Part shown: piece after piece, positions 1 to 8,311 of the stretch
Layout: each line of letters opens with the position of its first letter
How positions within the stretch are numbered: the first letter of the stretch is position 1
DNA from: Bacteriovoracia bacterium
GTDB lineage: Bacteria; Bdellovibrionota; UBA1018; JBFWNL01
Length of the DNA stretch: 32,000 nt
Direction of reading: 5' to 3'
NCBI GenBank assembly: GCA_050251055.1
Contig: JBFWNL010000004.1
Location: forward strand, 13,863-45,862
Notes under the pieces: model-generated
The model's database searches: none
What the model was told of the DNA's origin: nothing
Seen by the model: only the letters and a program-made list of their open reading frames with translations
Program-made: the position numbers and the translations under genes

Positions 1-242
1 AGATCGGACCCAGCAAAGCCTCGGTGTCGAGCTCGACCACGCTCTCAATCCAGGGGACGCGCCTGACGGCGGCCGCGAACTTGCCGCGGGCGATGAAGTG
101 AATTTCGAGTTCGGGATAAAGCTGCTTGGCCGCGCGCAGAGCCATCAGGCTCTGTAACGTATCGCCCAGCCTAGCCAACTGAATGACCAGACAGCGAATC
201 GGTTTTTTACCCTCTACGGGCGTCTTGTTCGAGGCGATCAAG
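1..242 (-). CDS. Glycosyltransferase family 9 (heptosyltransferase-like), N-terminal fragment truncated by left window edge; probable TTG start at 240-242
   Basis: Manual translation of the minus strand gives ...KKPIRCLVIQLARLGDTLQSLMALRAAKQLYPELEIHFIARGKFAAAVRRVPWIESVVELDTEALLGPI, the typical GT9 N-terminus (LVIQLARLGD). Confidence 0.75.
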
Positions 243-345
243 CTCCGGCTCCCTTCCCTGGATCGGCGTTTGCTCCTCCATTAAAGCCCGCAGAAAGCCA
301 TAAAGCAACTGCTCGACCTGCATTTCCTCGTGCGAATCCTGCATT
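208..345 (-). CDS. Possible small protein (45 aa), MQDSHEEMQVEQLLYGFLRALMEEQTPIQGREPELDRLEQDARRG
   Basis: Fills the gap between the TPR gene and the GT9 fragment on the same strand; purine-rich GGAGGAC a few nt upstream of ATG. No homology recognised. Confidence 0.35.
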
Positions 346-374
346 TCCGTCCTCCATGACAGAAACCCGGGTGC

Positions 375-1553
375 TTACGTCAGCAATGATTGCAGCGCGC
401 GCGCTCCCTGGTGATCGGGCCTCATACCCAAAAGCTGTTGCACCGTAGCCGTGGCGTCATCCATGAGGCCTAAGTGGTACTGCATGCCGGCTAGGCTATA
501 GAGCAGGTTCGCGTTAACGGGCGAAACCTGGATGTAATCCCGCACCAATCGTTCGGCGGGCTGGTAAACCTTCAGTTCGTAAGCGCATTTCACGAGATAG
601 TAGATGGCCGTGGAGTTCCGAATGTCCGCCTCCAACGCCTTCACGAACGCGTCGAGCGCTTCGCGCTTTTTACCTTCGGTGATGAAGCAGCAGCCGACCC
701 CCACCCACGCACGGTCGTTGGCGGGATTAGCCGACGCCGCATCCTGGTAAGCACGCTTCGCGTTAAGCATATCGCCGCAATTTAAATAGAGCGTACCTAA
801 GTTGGACTGGATCTCATCGGCGGCGGGATTTACACCCAGGGCCGCCTTATAATGTTGTTCCGCCGGCTCGCGTTTACCCACCCGCACCCAGCAGTTGCCC
901 GCCAGCTTATGCAGCTCGAAGCGTGTCGGATCCGGCACCGACTTCATGCGTAGGGCCCGGTCGATGACCTCCGCCGCGTATTGGTCCTTCTCGCGCTTGA
1001 GCAGCACCTGCACCAATCGCTCGTAACATTCTAACGTCGGATGAAAGGCAATCGATTCCTCATAGAGCGACTCCGCCTGGGCGAGGTTGCCCTCCATTTC
1101 ATGGGTCTTGCCCAAGCCGTACAAGGCCTGTGCGGAATGCTCGCCCGACTGGTAAATGGATTGATAGACATTGCGAGCGAGCAGGTACTCGCCGGAATGC
1201 AAGAGCACGTCGGCGTTTTTCAACAAGTACTCGACGTTCAGCTGGCCGTCGGTTTTATAGATTTCCTGGTTTTGCCGGACTTCCGACTGGGAGGGAGCCA
1301 TGGTCTCAACCCAGGGACTCGGCTCGGTGTCCGACGCATCGACCCCTGCATTCACGCGCGGACGTACGCGCACGAGGTAACTCACCGTCTCCTGCGCGCT
1401 CGAAACATCGTCAAAAGAATTCAGGGCCTCTTCGAGGGTCCGAACCTGCACCATGCGGTTGCTGGTTCGCGGGACTTCGATCAGGTCTACCAGCTCGAAC
1501 CCGGCCGGAATGATGGTGCCGTTCAAGGCTTCACGGATGGTGACGTCTTTCAT
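375..1553 (-). CDS. TPR-repeat protein, downstream of fliD-fliS
   Basis: 392-aa ORF with repeated TPR motifs (AQALYGLGKTHEMEGNLAQAESLYEESIAFHP; DEIQSNLGTLYLNCGDMLNAKRAYQDAASANP); ATGA-type overlap with the upstream gene. Confidence 0.85.
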   Translation of the reverse strand: MKDVTIREALNGTIIPAGFELVDLIEVPRTSNRMVQVRTLEEALNSFDDVSSAQETVSYLVRVRPRVNAGVDASDTEPSPWVETMAPSQSEVRQNQEIYKTDGQLNVEYLLKNADVLLHSGEYLLARNVYQSIYQSGEHSAQALYGLGKTHEMEGNLAQAESLYEESIAFHPTLECYERLVQVLLKREKDQYAAEVIDRALRMKSVPDPTRFELHKLAGNCWVRVGKREPAEQHYKAALGVNPAADEIQSNLGTLYLNCGDMLNAKRAYQDAASANPANDRAWVGVGCCFITEGKKREALDAFVKALEADIRNSTAIYYLVKCAYELKVYQPAERLVRDYIQVSPVNANLLYSLAGMQYHLGLMDDATATVQQLLGMRPDHQGARALQSLLT

Positions 1554-1984
1554 AACTTCTCGTCCAGCTCCTCGCCACCCTCTTGGATCCAGCTGCTCTT
1601 GAACTTGGCAATCGATTCCTTGGCTTTTTGGTTCGCCGTTATTTCGGTGCGAATCTTCGCCTGCTCGGCTTCGATACGCTCGATGATCTTGGCGTCGGTT
1701 TCTAGGATCTGCAAAACCAAAATTTCCTTTTGGGCGAGCAGCATCTTCACGTTTTCAATCACGATCGGATCCTTGTCTTCCGGCGTTAGGCCGACGGCGA
1801 TCTCGCCGATTTTCCGATCATAGAGATCCAACGCCTTGAGGATCGCTTCGCGCTTCTCGTGGAACGCTTCCAGTCCGCTCAGGTCGCCCGCGTCGGCCTG
1901 CTTCAGGAAGTCGATCGACCAATCCAGGAACCGCATCAGGCAACGATTCTTCGTCCGCAGGATCGTAGTGACTTCCGATTTCAT
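1550..1984 (-). CDS. Small helical protein, candidate flagellar export chaperone (FliT/FlgN-like by position)
   Basis: 144-aa helical ORF overlapping fliS and the TPR gene; position directly after fliS. Sequence identity not diagnostic. Confidence 0.6.
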   Translation of the reverse strand: MKSEVTTILRTKNRCLMRFLDWSIDFLKQADAGDLSGLEAFHEKREAILKALDLYDRKIGEIAVGLTPEDKDPIVIENVKMLLAQKEILVLQILETDAKIIERIEAEQAKIRTEITANQKAKESIAKFKSSWIQEGGEELDEKL

Positions 1985-2367
1985 TTGCTGACTCCTTTAT
2001 TCACTTGCTCAACGGCGCCGCGCCACCCTTCGAGCAGGTTTTCCATGACCTTGATCACGGAAATCAACGGTTCCTTTTGATTTTCGACATTAGCCTTCAG
2101 GAGCTGTCCGATGCAGTAGTTGTAAAGGCCCTCGAGCTGCTTGGCGACCTCGCCACCGACCTCGAAGTTCAATGAGTTGTTAAGCTCGTTCAAGATGTCG
2201 TGGCTCTTCCCGATGGCGACGCCTTTTCCGTTCAGATCGTTCGCCTCGATGCACGCCACCGCGCGGCGCAGATGCCGAATCGCGGCCTCGTAGAGCATGA
2301 TCAGGATCTGCCCCGGAGTCGCGGTTTTAACGGCGGTACGCTTATATTGATTCGCTCCGTATGTCAT
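1981..2367 (-). CDS. fliS: Flagellar export chaperone FliS
   Basis: Typical FliS start: YKRTAVKTATPGQILIMLYEAAIRHLRRAVACIEANDLNGKGVAIGKSHDILNELNNSL; adjacent to fliD. Confidence 0.93.
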   Translation of the reverse strand: MTYGANQYKRTAVKTATPGQILIMLYEAAIRHLRRAVACIEANDLNGKGVAIGKSHDILNELNNSLNFEVGGEVAKQLEGLYNYCIGQLLKANVENQKEPLISVIKVMENLLEGWRGAVEQVNKGVSK

Positions 2368-2375
2368 AGCCTACA

Positions 2376-3776
2376 TCACCCACCCAATAGTTGTTGCACC
2401 ATACCACCCCCGCCGCCCGCGGCGCCCAGGGTCGCCTGCATGTAAGCCTGCTGCTGCTGCATGGCCCCCAAGGTCGCTTGCAAACGGGAAAACCGATCCA
2501 CTAGATTCTGCGTCTTACGCTCGATGAGGCGCTCCTTGTTCGCGATCTGCGTGTCGATCTGATCGATCCGGGTGCGCAGCCCTTTTTCGCGCAACGCGAG
2601 CAGGCCGTCGTTCGGGCGACCATACACGTTGAGCACCTCGGCGAACTGGTTCACGAAGCCCATCTCGCCCGACACCGCTTCGGCGACGCCGTTGAAATCC
2701 ACCTCGAGGGCCTTCGTGAATTTATCCTCGTTGAACTTCACGGTGCCTTCGCGGGTCATCTCGATGCCCATCTCGTTAAGATGCATGATGCGAAAATTAT
2801 CTTCGCCGGGAACGCCAACACCGAAGCCCTCGTGCATGAGGTTGCGAAACCGGTATTCCACGCCCTGCAGGCCCGTGTCGCCCGTGAAGTTTTGCGACGT
2901 ATCGGACTTTTCGTCGACCTTGTTTTGCGCGTTGATGAACCCCAAAACGTTGTTGATGTTGTCGACCATTCCTTTCACTTTTCCGGAAACCTTCTGGTTG
3001 TCGACGGAAATGGTCATGGTGAAGGGCCGACCGGGCTTGGCTTCCTTCAAATGAATGTTCACGCCTTGAAGGAAATCCGGCACGTCGTTGCTGCCGGCCT
3101 CGATCTCGTAGTCGTCGACCTTCAGCTGGGCGTTGCGGGAATCGCGCGTTTCATTGATATAGAAATCGTCGTCGCCACCCAGGAAGTAGAACTCCGGGAA
3201 GTCGACTTGATTATCGTAGCCGTCTTTCTTGGCCTTCACGATCAGCTTCCAGCCATTTTCTTCGTAGGCGTCGCGAATAACCGAGGCTTGCACAGGGGAG
3301 TCCTTTTGCGCATTGATCAGGTCGGCCACGCCGCGCAGGCTGGAGTGTTCCTCGTCAACGAAGATATCGAACTTTCCTTCGGGCCCGTAAGCGACGACGA
3401 ATCCCATGCCGAGCACTTTCTCGTCAGGGTCGGCGAAGCCATTGGAGATCATCGATGCGCGACCGGCGAGCTCGTTGATCTCTATCGTGTAGTTACCCGG
3501 CTTGGCTTTGTCTTTGTCGACGGTGACGCTCATTAAATTCTCGCCGTCACCCAGATCAACTTTCAATTCGGTCAACTTCTTGAAGGAAGAAATTTCATCG
3601 AGGGATTTTTTCAGGTCGGCAAACTTCGATTTGAATTCACCGAAGAGCTTGATGCGGTTTTGTTCCTTGGCTTTGCGCGCCTCAAGCGCCTTGACGGGCT
3701 GCTTCTCAGCCTCGATCATCTGATTAACCAATTGCTTGAATTGACCCCCGCCTATGGGATCGAAACGTAAGCCCAT
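2376..3776 (-). CDS. fliD: Flagellar filament capping protein FliD
   Basis: N-term GLRFDPIGGGQFKQLVNQMIEAEKQPVKALEARKAKEQNRIKLFGEFKSKFADLK and C-term IDQIDTQIANKERLIERKTQNLVDRFSRLQATLGAMQQQQAYM are FliD hallmarks. Confidence 0.92.
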   Translation of the reverse strand: MGLRFDPIGGGQFKQLVNQMIEAEKQPVKALEARKAKEQNRIKLFGEFKSKFADLKKSLDEISSFKKLTELKVDLGDGENLMSVTVDKDKAKPGNYTIEINELAGRASMISNGFADPDEKVLGMGFVVAYGPEGKFDIFVDEEHSSLRGVADLINAQKDSPVQASVIRDAYEENGWKLIVKAKKDGYDNQVDFPEFYFLGGDDDFYINETRDSRNAQLKVDDYEIEAGSNDVPDFLQGVNIHLKEAKPGRPFTMTISVDNQKVSGKVKGMVDNINNVLGFINAQNKVDEKSDTSQNFTGDTGLQGVEYRFRNLMHEGFGVGVPGEDNFRIMHLNEMGIEMTREGTVKFNEDKFTKALEVDFNGVAEAVSGEMGFVNQFAEVLNVYGRPNDGLLALREKGLRTRIDQIDTQIANKERLIERKTQNLVDRFSRLQATLGAMQQQQAYMQATLGAAGGGGGMVQQLLGG

Positions 3777-3891
3777 CGGATTAATTATGAATTTTATTTG
3801 GGGAACTCACAACCGGCAGAATCTTCCGGCCATCAAAATCGAACGAGTCCAAGCCGGATACGCCAAGGCTTTGACGAATTTACGGATGCGG

Positions 3892-4629
3892 CTAGAAAGC
3901 CGTTCGGCGAAACCGGGATTCACCGGCGTCGAGCCGGAGATAAGTACCGTGCACTTTAGGATAACCCATATTGATGTACTGACCGCCGGAGCTAGGATCG
4001 ATCCACTCGTCGGCATCGTGACAATGCCCGAGCACCACGCATTGGAATCCGTCGCGAAGCCTTCGCTCCGCGTAGGCCCGGTAGATTCCACGCAGCCGCG
4101 AAAGCGCATCGGGCGCCATGGTTTTGGCGGCGTCCGCGTGCGCGCGACGGCTGAGCGAGGAGAGGATACGGCCAATCCATTTCATCGCGACGCCAGGACT
4201 CAGACGAGCGAAAGCTCGGAATCCGTCTCCCCGGAAAAACGCCCGTAGTCGCAAATACCCGCGGTCGGATTCGTCCGCGAGATCGCCGTGCGCGACGAAG
4301 ATCCGCCGGCCATCAAAATCGAGCGCGACTTCGCTCGCGTGCACGCGCACCGCCGGGATCTCCGCGTACTCGCCGCGCAGATGAAAATCATGATTGCCTT
4401 CGATGTAGTGAACGACCACGCCGCGGCTCTCGAGCTCCCAGAGAACCATCATGAATTCCGCATATTCTCGGGCGAAGACCGGGTTGCCACCCACGAAGAC
4501 GTCGAAGATATCTCCGGCTAGCACGACGGAATCGCCAGCGGCGGTCGAACGCAACGCCTGCAATAGCCGCGCGTAGATCGGATCGATCGCGCTCTCGACG
4601 TGGAGATCGGAAAATACCAAGACACTCAT
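3892..4629 (-). CDS. Calcineurin-like metallophosphoesterase, UDP-2,3-diacylglucosamine hydrolase (LpxH)-like
   Basis: Motifs FSDLHVE, LAGDIFDVFVGG, EGNHDFHL, VAHGDLADE, VLGHCHDAD. Confidence 0.82.
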   Translation of the reverse strand: MSVLVFSDLHVESAIDPIYARLLQALRSTAAGDSVVLAGDIFDVFVGGNPVFAREYAEFMMVLWELESRGVVVHYIEGNHDFHLRGEYAEIPAVRVHASEVALDFDGRRIFVAHGDLADESDRGYLRLRAFFRGDGFRAFARLSPGVAMKWIGRILSSLSRRAHADAAKTMAPDALSRLRGIYRAYAERRLRDGFQCVVLGHCHDADEWIDPSSGGQYINMGYPKVHGTYLRLDAGESRFRRTAF

Positions 4630-4698
4630 GTAAATTTGGAAGTATCGGGGCTTAAGCGAGCCGTCAATTCTAGTTTTTTTCGGTCTAGATTTTTTGGT

Positions 4699-5082
4699 CT
4701 AGAGTTTTTGATCCAGTATCTTTCCGGCGCCCTTGCCGGACTTCGCGACGGATTCGCGTAACTTCAGGAACTCCTCGCCTGTCATCTGACGCACGACCTT
4801 GCCGCTACCGTCCTTCAGCGTGACCTGTAGACCAGGGCCGGTGCCCGATGCCGTTGCGGTCAATCCGTTGTGCCGAGTTTGATTGTCCTGGGTGAAAGCA
4901 TCCATGGCGGCCGTGACCTTTTCATCGTTCACGGCGATGGCTTCGTCGTCGTCGCGACGGCGCTCGTCGCCCGCTTGCTGCTGAGACTGTTGCTGAAAAG
5001 AGCCCGAATCGGCTTTTTCGTGCACCTGCTCGGCGATCTTCGGGAACGGCTGAAATGTCTGGCTCGTGGCTTTGACTCGCAA
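4699..5082 (-). CDS. FlaG-like flagellar protein (TTG start)
   Basis: 127 aa; C-terminal LQVTLKDGSGKVVRQMTGEEFLKLRESV resembles the FlaG C-terminal motif; proximity to fliD. Confidence 0.5.
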   Translation of the reverse strand: MRVKATSQTFQPFPKIAEQVHEKADSGSFQQQSQQQAGDERRRDDDEAIAVNDEKVTAAMDAFTQDNQTRHNGLTATASGTGPGLQVTLKDGSGKVVRQMTGEEFLKLRESVAKSGKGAGKILDQKL

Positions 5083-5139
5083 CGAATTTACCCCGCTTTC
5101 TCTCCTCTTACGGGTCGGCGGGAATGCCCCAAAACCTTA

Positions 5140-5153
5140 GGTCGGGCCCGACC
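5140..5153. promoter_or_regulatory. 14-bp perfect palindrome GGTCGGGCCCGACC in divergent intergenic region
   Basis: Seen directly; lies between the FlaG-like gene (minus) and the TetR-family gene (plus). Confidence 0.35.
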
Positions 5154-5268
5154 CAGGTATGCCAGTAATTTGACGCACAAAGTCTCACAGATGACACTTT
5201 TCCTAGGTTTTCGTCACCAGATGCGGTGGTGGAGTCTGGCGGAATCGAAGAATCATCCCTATTAGCTC

Positions 5269-5877
5269 ATGAAAACGCACGCGCAAGGCGCCCTCACCAA
5301 ATCCGAGAAGATGATCCACGTCGCCCAGTGCACTTTGAGCATCATCCAGGTGCACGGCACGGAGGGAGTGAACCACTCGCGACTGGCCCGTTCGGCGGGA
5401 GTCTCGCGCGCGTGGCTCTATAAATATTTCGGGTCGTCGAGGGAAGCCCTGATCGAATTCGCCATCGACTATTTTGGAAAGCTCTTCGCAGAGATGGAAC
5501 ATGAACGCGGCCTTCGGGGGGCACGCGAATGGGTAGCGGAAACCAAACAGGGGCTGGATCGAATGCTGAGGGACACCGCCCGCTATCCGTGGCTGATCCC
5601 GATCTATTTCCGATACAAGGGAACATCCAGTCCGATGGGTCGCTGCATCGCCCGACTGGAAAAACTCTACTTCGAAAAACACTCGCGCGAGCTCATGAGT
5701 GTATTCAAGTCCGATCGCGAAAAAGCGTATCTACTCTCGCAGGTCCTGACGTCTTTTCGTATGGGCCTCGCTCAAGCCTGGCAAACCGGCGGGTTCGGTA
5801 CGAAGAACGACCCCGAACAAATCCTGGAGTATGTTGGTCAGTGGATGAACGCGGTCGTGGACGCGCGGAAACTCTAA
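5269..5877 (+). CDS. TetR/AcrR family transcriptional regulator
   Basis: HTH region MIHVAQCTLSIIQVHGTEGVNHSRLARSAGVSRAWLYKYFGSSREALIEFA is the TetR N-terminal signature. Confidence 0.88.
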   Translation: MKTHAQGALTKSEKMIHVAQCTLSIIQVHGTEGVNHSRLARSAGVSRAWLYKYFGSSREALIEFAIDYFGKLFAEMEHERGLRGAREWVAETKQGLDRMLRDTARYPWLIPIYFRYKGTSSPMGRCIARLEKLYFEKHSRELMSVFKSDREKAYLLSQVLTSFRMGLAQAWQTGGFGTKNDPEQILEYVGQWMNAVVDARKL

Positions 5878-5887
5878 TCAGCTCCGC

Positions 5888-6826
5888 CTAACTCGTTCCC
5901 AATCGACGAATTAGATTCTCCCACTCCTCCCGCCGGATGGTGAGCCGACGCGAAGACCGCTCGGACGGAGAAAGCGCGTCGATGTCGCGGAAATAACGGT
6001 AGGCCCGGGGAAAGTCGATAAAAAATCCGCCTGGAATAGGAATTACTGGAGGCACCACCCGCGTAAAAAAATAATCAAACGCCCGCGTTAGCGTGGGGTC
6101 GATCTGAGAATCGCGCTGGAACATCAGGACATTTTTAAAGTGCACGAATGCGTCGGCGCGAACCGGCGGCACCGTCCCGGCCGGATGCAAGAAAAAATCG
6201 AAATTCAAAACTACCGGCATCGTCTCTCCCTCGAGACCGCTTGAAAACTCCGCGGGGGCGGCCCACGCGTGCTCCGGCAGGGGTGAGCGGAGCGCATGAA
6301 TAGTCGATGCCAGCACAAACGCGTTCAACATCGGTTCGGCCCCGTCGACTCGATAAATCTCACCCGTAAACTCGCCCCGGCGATTCACGCCGATTTGCAA
6401 CTTCACGTTCCCCCGAATGCGTAAATTAATGAAGTCATCCGGATAAGTCATCACCCCATTCACGCGCTGCCAGAGCTTCTCAAAGAATGGATAAAGGCGG
6501 CCTTCCCGCACGAGACTCATGCTTTCAGCCACGCCGTAACCATCGCGCGAAGGGCCGTCGCCCAGGCCAGCCCCGCGATCGGAAGTAAACGGGCCGAAAT
6601 CCAGCCCAAGCCCACGCAACGGAGCCGCCGACCCGCGGCCCATCCGACGCGCGGACGACACCTTCGTTTTGGCTGATTTGCCTACGGAGTGGGGCTGGCC
6701 GATTTCAACAAGCAAAGTTTTAGGGGAGGAGGCAGGGGAAGGAGCGGACGGCGGAGTCCGCTTGAAAAAGCTTGCGCCCAGAAGCGCGAAGTGAAGGGCG
6801 AGGGAGTAAAGCAGGAACCGGGGCAT
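5888..6826 (-). CDS. TonB-like energy-transducer / TonB C-terminal domain-like protein
   Basis: N-terminal hydrophobic segment, proline-rich stretch, then GNVKLQIGVNRRGEFTGEIYRVDGAEPMLNAFVLASTIHA similar to a TonB C-terminal region. Confidence 0.55.
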   Translation of the reverse strand: MPRFLLYSLALHFALLGASFFKRTPPSAPSPASSPKTLLVEIGQPHSVGKSAKTKVSSARRMGRGSAAPLRGLGLDFGPFTSDRGAGLGDGPSRDGYGVAESMSLVREGRLYPFFEKLWQRVNGVMTYPDDFINLRIRGNVKLQIGVNRRGEFTGEIYRVDGAEPMLNAFVLASTIHALRSPLPEHAWAAPAEFSSGLEGETMPVVLNFDFFLHPAGTVPPVRADAFVHFKNVLMFQRDSQIDPTLTRAFDYFFTRVVPPVIPIPGGFFIDFPRAYRYFRDIDALSPSERSSRRLTIRREEWENLIRRLGTS

Positions 6827-6903
6827 GAAGGCTGAGTATACCCGGTTCGGTGAAACCGCTACCGGGATTATTGCTTGCGCCCCGCCTTAACGCCGTTTGA
6901 TAT

Positions 6904-6934
6904 ACCCCCAGAGCCCTCGGCAAGCTCTGGGGGT
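6904..6934. terminator. Strong stem-loop (11-bp stem, 9-nt loop) downstream of flagellin gene 1
   Basis: ACCCCCAGAGC-CCTCGGCAA-GCTCTGGGGGT; no T-tract on the flagellin strand, so terminator function is uncertain. Confidence 0.4.
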
Positions 6935-6988
6935 GGGCTTAAGGCACCCGGTCTACACAATTGCAAACCGGGTATTGGGCGCAAACAA

Positions 6989-7822
6989 TTAGACTAACTT
7001 GAGAGCTTGAGTCGGAGCGTTGTTGGCTTGGGCCAAGATCGAAACGCCCGCGGTCTGGAGAATGTTCTCGCGGACCAGTTCGGAAGTTTCCTCGGCGAGC
7101 TCCGTATCCGTCACGCGCGACCGGGCTTGCGCCAGGTTTTCACGAGTCACGCCCAGGTTATTCACCGTGGCTTGGAGCTTGTTCTGCATCGCGCCCATGC
7201 GAGCGCGAGCTCCGTTCACGCGAGCCAAGGCCTCGTCGATGGAGTTGAGGCCGCCGCGGGCGTCTTCGATGCTCGCGGTGCTCAAACCTTCGATGCCCAG
7301 GCTGCTGGCCCGAACGTCGGCTTCGGTCGTGTCGAAGGTAATACGGTCCGCTTCGTCGCTACGCGTACCGACTTGGAACTCAAGCGAGGATTTCTCGGCT
7401 TGGGCGTTCAACAGCGGGGTGCCGTTGAAGTTGGTCACGTTCGCGATGCGGTCCACTTCCTTGGTCAAGCTTTGGAATTCTTGGTCGATGAAGCCGCGCT
7501 CGCGATCACCGATGGTGTCGGAAGCCGCTTGGATCGACAATTCGCGCAGACGGATGAGGATGTTGGAGATTTCCGACATCCCGCCTTCCGCGACCTGGAC
7601 GAAGGAAATGCCGTCGTTCGCATTCCGTTCCGCCTGGCGCATCGAGCGAATCTGCCCGCGCAGGTTTTCCGCAATCGAGAGACCTGCGGCGTCGTCGGCC
7701 GCGGTCGCGATACGGTTACCAGACGCAATACGCGTATAGTGTCTGGCCTGTTGTTGGCTGGTATTATTGAGTACGCGTTGCGCCGAAATCGACGCAACGT
7801 TCGTTGCTATTCTTAAGCCCAT
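6989..7822 (-). CDS. fliC: Flagellin (copy 1)
   Basis: MGLRIATNVASISAQRVLNNTSQQQARHYTRIASGNRITAADDAAGLSIAENLRGQIRSMRQAERNANDGISFVQVAEGGM; C-terminal ARSRVTDTELAEETSELVRENILQTAGVSILAQANNAPTQALKLV. Confidence 0.96.
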   Translation of the reverse strand: MGLRIATNVASISAQRVLNNTSQQQARHYTRIASGNRIATAADDAAGLSIAENLRGQIRSMRQAERNANDGISFVQVAEGGMSEISNILIRLRELSIQAASDTIGDRERGFIDQEFQSLTKEVDRIANVTNFNGTPLLNAQAEKSSLEFQVGTRSDEADRITFDTTEADVRASSLGIEGLSTASIEDARGGLNSIDEALARVNGARARMGAMQNKLQATVNNLGVTRENLAQARSRVTDTELAEETSELVRENILQTAGVSILAQANNAPTQALKLV

Positions 7823-8087
7823 GATGAAACTCCCTCAGATGGAGATCTCCGACCCCCGCCCTTCGGGCATGCTTTCGCCTGCGCGAACGAGGTAAGTTCG
7901 TGCAGAGCCCGCGCCGTAAGCGAGTCCGGAAATTTATGTTGTGACGTCTGAGTTGGGAGAGGCTACCGCAGGGAAGAGGAATCCCACCCCCTCCAACAGC
8001 GGGGCAGATTCCAAGAGAGAACTTCAGATACAACAGTCGCCAGACGTATTCGTCATCAGAAGGCCCATCCTTCCGCTGACACTATAC

Positions 8088-8114
8088 CTATCGACGACCG
8101 TCAAAAATACTTGA
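8088..8114 (-). promoter_or_regulatory. Sigma-28 (FliA)-type promoter for flagellin copy 1
   Basis: Minus strand TCAAGTAT-N11-GTCGATAG against TAAAGTTT-N11-GCCGATAA: 6/8 and 6/8 with exact 11-nt spacer. Confidence 0.65.
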
Positions 8115-8311
8115 GTACAAAATACAACTATTCGTACTTTTTTTCCACACTGTTAAGACCCACCCAGGTTTCACCCCAGAGGGGACTCAGTCAAACGATC
8201 CCAGTTCAGCGATGGGCGGGGTTAGGGGGGACCGCCCCCAAGCGGTGTCTCTGCCGCCAGGAAACGATCCCCCGATAACTCACCCTCAGCAATCGGGAAG
8301 TTCTCTAAAAA

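Noticed and set aside
1041-1823. 260-aa plus-strand ORF opposite the TPR gene
   Set aside because: Shadow of a repetitive TPR gene; no coherent domain.
2572-3723. Plus-strand ORFs opposite fliD (160, 251 and 73 aa)
   Set aside because: No domain signal; fliD on the minus strand is clear.
3754-4248. 164-aa plus ORF and 122-aa minus ORF (3807-4175) over the end of the LpxH-like gene
   Set aside because: Alternate frames overlapping conserved metallophosphoesterase motifs; only the 17-bp repeat was kept as an observation.
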